DNA of 64,000 bases. It comes from an uncultured Gemmatimonadales bacterium (lineage in GTDB: Bacteria > Gemmatimonadota > Gemmatimonadetes > Gemmatimonadales > Gemmatimonadaceae). The stretch spans positions 32,001-96,000 of the forward strand of contig CAWKNZ010000002.1 of assembly GCA_963851265.1 (NCBI GenBank). Direction: 5' to 3'. The notes under the pieces were generated by a model, which was given only the letters and a program-made list of their open reading frames with translations, was not told where the DNA came from and searched no databases. Below are positions 61,193 to 64,000 of this stretch, piece by piece (position 1 is the first letter of the stretch; each line of letters begins with the position of its first letter). Made by a program: the position numbers and the translations under genes.

Positions 61193-62766
61193 GCAGCCCC
61201 CCGCGCGCGCGGCGCCGACGCGCCAAAGAGGCGCGTGCGCTGGGGCCACGCGCCGGTGCTCACCGCGAGCTGGCCCGAGGCGGCGAGCGCCACCGCGAGC
61301 ATCCCCTGTGTGGTCCACGACTGCGTGCCCATGTCGGCCCACGCCTGAATGAGGAACGCGACGAACGTGGCGAGCGCGCCGTACGCGACCGCCCGGTCGA
61401 GCGGCGACGCCGCGAACGCGCGGGCGCGGGCCGCGAGGAACACGCCGGTGGCGATCGGGAGCCAGAGCAGGGTGAAGCCCAAGAGCCCGCCGATGCTCCA
61501 CATCCACAGCACGCTGTTGTGCGCGATGTAGCGGTACTGCGGGAAGTACTTGGAAATGTCGTCCGCGTGGACGACCTCGACGTACTCGTGCCCCCACCCC
61601 GACCCGACGAGCGGGTTGCGCCGGAGCGTCGTGAGAAGGTTGTAGTTTTCGATGTCGCGCGTCTGGCTGGACGCGTCCTTTTGCGTCGCCACCGACATCA
61701 GCTTGGCGGCCGGCGCGAACAGCGATCCGGTGCGGTTGCGGCCGACGGCGACGTACAGGCCGACCACCGGGAGCGCGGCTAGCCCGGCGAGGGTGACGGA
61801 GCGCCGCGCGCGCCGCGGCAGGGTCGCGTAGAACATCACGGCCGCGCCGAGGAGCGTGACGTAGGCGGTGCGGCGGTTGTTGATGACGAGCCCGAACAGC
61901 GTCCACGCCGTGAGTGCGCCGGCGACGATGTAATGCCTGACGCTCGGCCGGTAGTAGGCCGCCGCGAGCCAGACGGCGAGCGAGACCACGAAGAGCACCG
62001 AGTCCGCGTGACTCGTGACCGTGGCCGGCACGATCCCGAGCGGGCGGGCGACGCGGAAGTAGTAGTAAGCGCCGATGAGGATCTTGGTGCACGACACCGC
62101 GGCCGCGATGCCGGCGAAGAGCGCCGCGTCACGCGCGCCGCGCATGGTCGCGCAGAGCAGCATCGCGAGCACCGGCATCCAGAGCAGCTGCCGGAACTGC
62201 CACAGCGATTGGCGCACGTCGCCGCCCCGTGCGACGCCCCACAGCTCCATCGCGAGCACCGCGGCGACGTTCAGGACGAGGGTGAGGACGAGCGGGCGCG
62301 CCGCCGGCACACGGCCCGCCGCGTCGGTGCGGTCGCCGGCGAGGGCGCGCACCGCGGCCAGCGCGACCAGCACCAACGCGAGCAACTCGAGACCCGAGAC
62401 GCGCGCCGCCTCCACGCCGACCAGCTTGTTGAGGTTCTCGACGAGGAGGAGCTGGAGCGGGTAGACCGGCGAGTGCCAGACCTCCGTGTCGTTAGGCAAG
62501 CGGCTCGGCGTGACGTCGGCCAGCATGGCGAGGGCGAGCGCGGCGAACAGCGGAACGCGCACGGGGAGCGTCGCCACCGCGTACGCGGCGGTGACGAGCA
62601 GGGCCGGAACCGCCGCGAGCAGCGGGTTCGCCGTCGTGAGCAGCACACCCGCGGACACGGCCACCGTGCCGCCCACGACGGCGACCAACACGTGATCGGC
62701 GCCCTCGCGGGGCGCCGACCAACGTCGGGGGGTGACGTCCCCGACGTACGCGGGGGCAGCGCTCAC
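61189..62766 (-). CDS. Wzy polymerase / O-antigen ligase family membrane protein
   Basis: about 12 TMs, NNRRTAY, R..ENYNL, P.VG.GWG, HNS.L; GTGA/ATGA overlaps with neighbours. Confidence 0.85.
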   Translation of the reverse strand: MSAAPAYVGDVTPRRWSAPREGADHVLVAVVGGTVAVSAGVLLTTANPLLAAVPALLVTAAYAVATLPVRVPLFAALALAMLADVTPSRLPNDTEVWHSPVYPLQLLLVENLNKLVGVEAARVSGLELLALVLVALAAVRALAGDRTDAAGRVPAARPLVLTLVLNVAAVLAMELWGVARGGDVRQSLWQFRQLLWMPVLAMLLCATMRGARDAALFAGIAAAVSCTKILIGAYYYFRVARPLGIVPATVTSHADSVLFVVSLAVWLAAAYYRPSVRHYIVAGALTAWTLFGLVINNRRTAYVTLLGAAVMFYATLPRRARRSVTLAGLAALPVVGLYVAVGRNRTGSLFAPAAKLMSVATQKDASSQTRDIENYNLLTTLRRNPLVGSGWGHEYVEVVHADDISKYFPQYRYIAHNSVLWMWSIGGLLGFTLLWLPIATGVFLAARARAFAASPLDRAVAYGALATFVAFLIQAWADMGTQSWTTQGMLAVALAASGQLAVSTGAWPQRTRLFGASAPRARGAA

Positions 62767-64000
62767 GGTCGGGGCGCCTCGCCGAGCACCGGCAGTCCGA
62801 CGAGCCGCGACACCTGCCACGCCTCGACGAGGCGCCCGCCGACGAGGTCCGCGGCGACGGCCGCGAACGCCGCGAGCAGGGCGGCGACGGCGAACCCGCC
62901 GACCAGGACGAGCGGTACGTTAGGCCGCGCGAGGTGCGTCGGGAGCTGCGCGGGCGTGATGACGGTATACCGGTACTTGAACGCCGCCTTGGCCGTTTCG
63001 AGTTCGATGCGCGCGGCCTCGAGCCGGTCGAGGAGGTCCTCGTAGTCGGCGACGGCGATCTTGAGGCGCGAGCGGGCGTACGTCAGCCGCGGGTCCTCGA
63101 GCGTGTCCACGGGCGCGGCAAGGCGCGCGAGGGCCGTGGTGGCGATGCTCGCCTCGGCCCCGGCGGGGCTCTGTACTGCGTCGGCGGCCGAGCCGCCGAC
63201 GGCGGCGACCTGCGACGCGAGCTGCCGTTCGGTGGCGCGGTGTACGGCTAGTTCGGGCGGCTCGGCGGCCAGCGCGGCGAGCGCCTGTTGGGTGTTCACC
63301 ACGTCGGGGTGCGCGGCGCCGTGCGTGAGGCGCAACTCGGCGAGGTGCGCCTTCAGGGCGCTGGCGCGCTGCGCGCGGTCGGATTCGGCGCTCGCGATGG
63401 TAGCGCGCTCGACGGCGAGGTCGCGCGAGAGGGCGGCGGCCGCCGGGTCGCTCCGGCGCCGCGACACTCCGCCCCACGCGGCCGGAGCCACGCGGACGAC
63501 CGGCGCGTGCGCGGCGGTCGGCGTCAGCTGTTTGACCTGCGAGAGCGCCGTGTCGATCTGCGCGTGCGCCTCGGCCACGTGTGACTCGAGGATCCCGATG
63601 CTCTCGCCGATGAGCGACTGCTCGGAGGCGTGCCGGGCTTCGAGGAAGTTGCGCTGCGCGGCCTGCACCAGCTGCAGCGCGAGGGCCGGGTCGGGGAAGT
63701 GCACGCCGATGCGGACGGTGCCCTCGTCCGTGGTCACCCAGAGCTGGTGCTCCAGGTACCCGACGATTTCCTTGCGGCGCTCGTCGGCCGGCATTTTTAC
63801 ACCAAGCGCTTCTTTTACGGCGTCCTTGATCCGCCCGGCGGGTGACCGCAGGCGCGGCCACGCCTGCTCCAGGCCGACCTCCCGCACGAGCGCGACGAGG
63901 TTGGCCTGGTTCAGTACCGCCTCGGCGGCCATGCGCGTCGGCGCGTCCGATTCGGCGGGCACGGCGCGGCGCGGATTGCCGAGCGCGGGCATCACGAAGT
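62763..64000 (-). CDS. polysaccharide co-polymerase (GumC/Wzc-N-like chain-length protein), 5' end outside the window
   Basis: coiled-coil, HPDV motif, YRYTVITPA..P, C-terminal TM, GLPVLG; no kinase domain. Confidence 0.85.
   Translation of the reverse strand, partial: FVMPALGNPRRAVPAESDAPTRMAAEAVLNQANLVALVREVGLEQAWPRLRSPAGRIKDAVKEALGVKMPADERRKEIVGYLEHQLWVTTDEGTVRIGVHFPDPALALQLVQAAQRNFLEARHASEQSLIGESIGILESHVAEAHAQIDTALSQVKQLTPTAAHAPVVRVAPAAWGGVSRRRSDPAAAALSRDLAVERATIASAESDRAQRASALKAHLAELRLTHGAAHPDVVNTQQALAALAAEPPELAVHRATERQLASQVAAVGGSAADAVQSPAGAEASIATTALARLAAPVDTLEDPRLTYARSRLKIAVADYEDLLDRLEAARIELETAKAAFKYRYTVITPAQLPTHLARPNVPLVLVGGFAVAALLAAFAAVAADLVGGRLVEAWQVSRLVGLPVLGEAPRP

Overview
Very GC-rich bacterial chromosomal window. 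Gene content and style suggest Gemmatimonadota, which is an inference. I found no rRNA, intact tRNA, CRISPR array or transposase. Left third: TPP enzyme, MFS transporter, a frameshifted thioredoxin-NHL gene, MBL hydrolase and two histone-H1-like proteins. It also holds an RNA-repair neighbourhood: a ligase-less Pnkp, a Mesh1-like HD hydrolase, a decayed YrlA-like Y RNA, a collapsed Ro60/TROVE pseudogene, an intact rtcB and a GIY-YIG nuclease. Middle: a sigma54 two-component module with a readable enhancer/IHF/-24,-12 promoter, housekeeping enzymes, an argC-argB-argD-argA operon and an MHYT-CHASE3 kinase triad. Right third (about 41.5-64 kb, minus strand) is the best candidate for an undescribed system. 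A Wzy-type exopolysaccharide operon (co-polymerase, Wzy, GT2, BY-pseudokinase-like protein, WecB/TagA GT) runs directly into a thioesterase-less NRPS (C-A-T-C*-A*-T). This is followed by a PPTase, an A-T-KS-AT-ACP-aminotransferase hybrid and a pair of non-canonical alpha/beta hydrolases, which suggests an assembly line that decorates the polysaccharide. Separately, the non-palindromic heptamer GCCTAAC/GTTAGGC recurs at least 25 times across the window in both orientations, often forcing rare codons.
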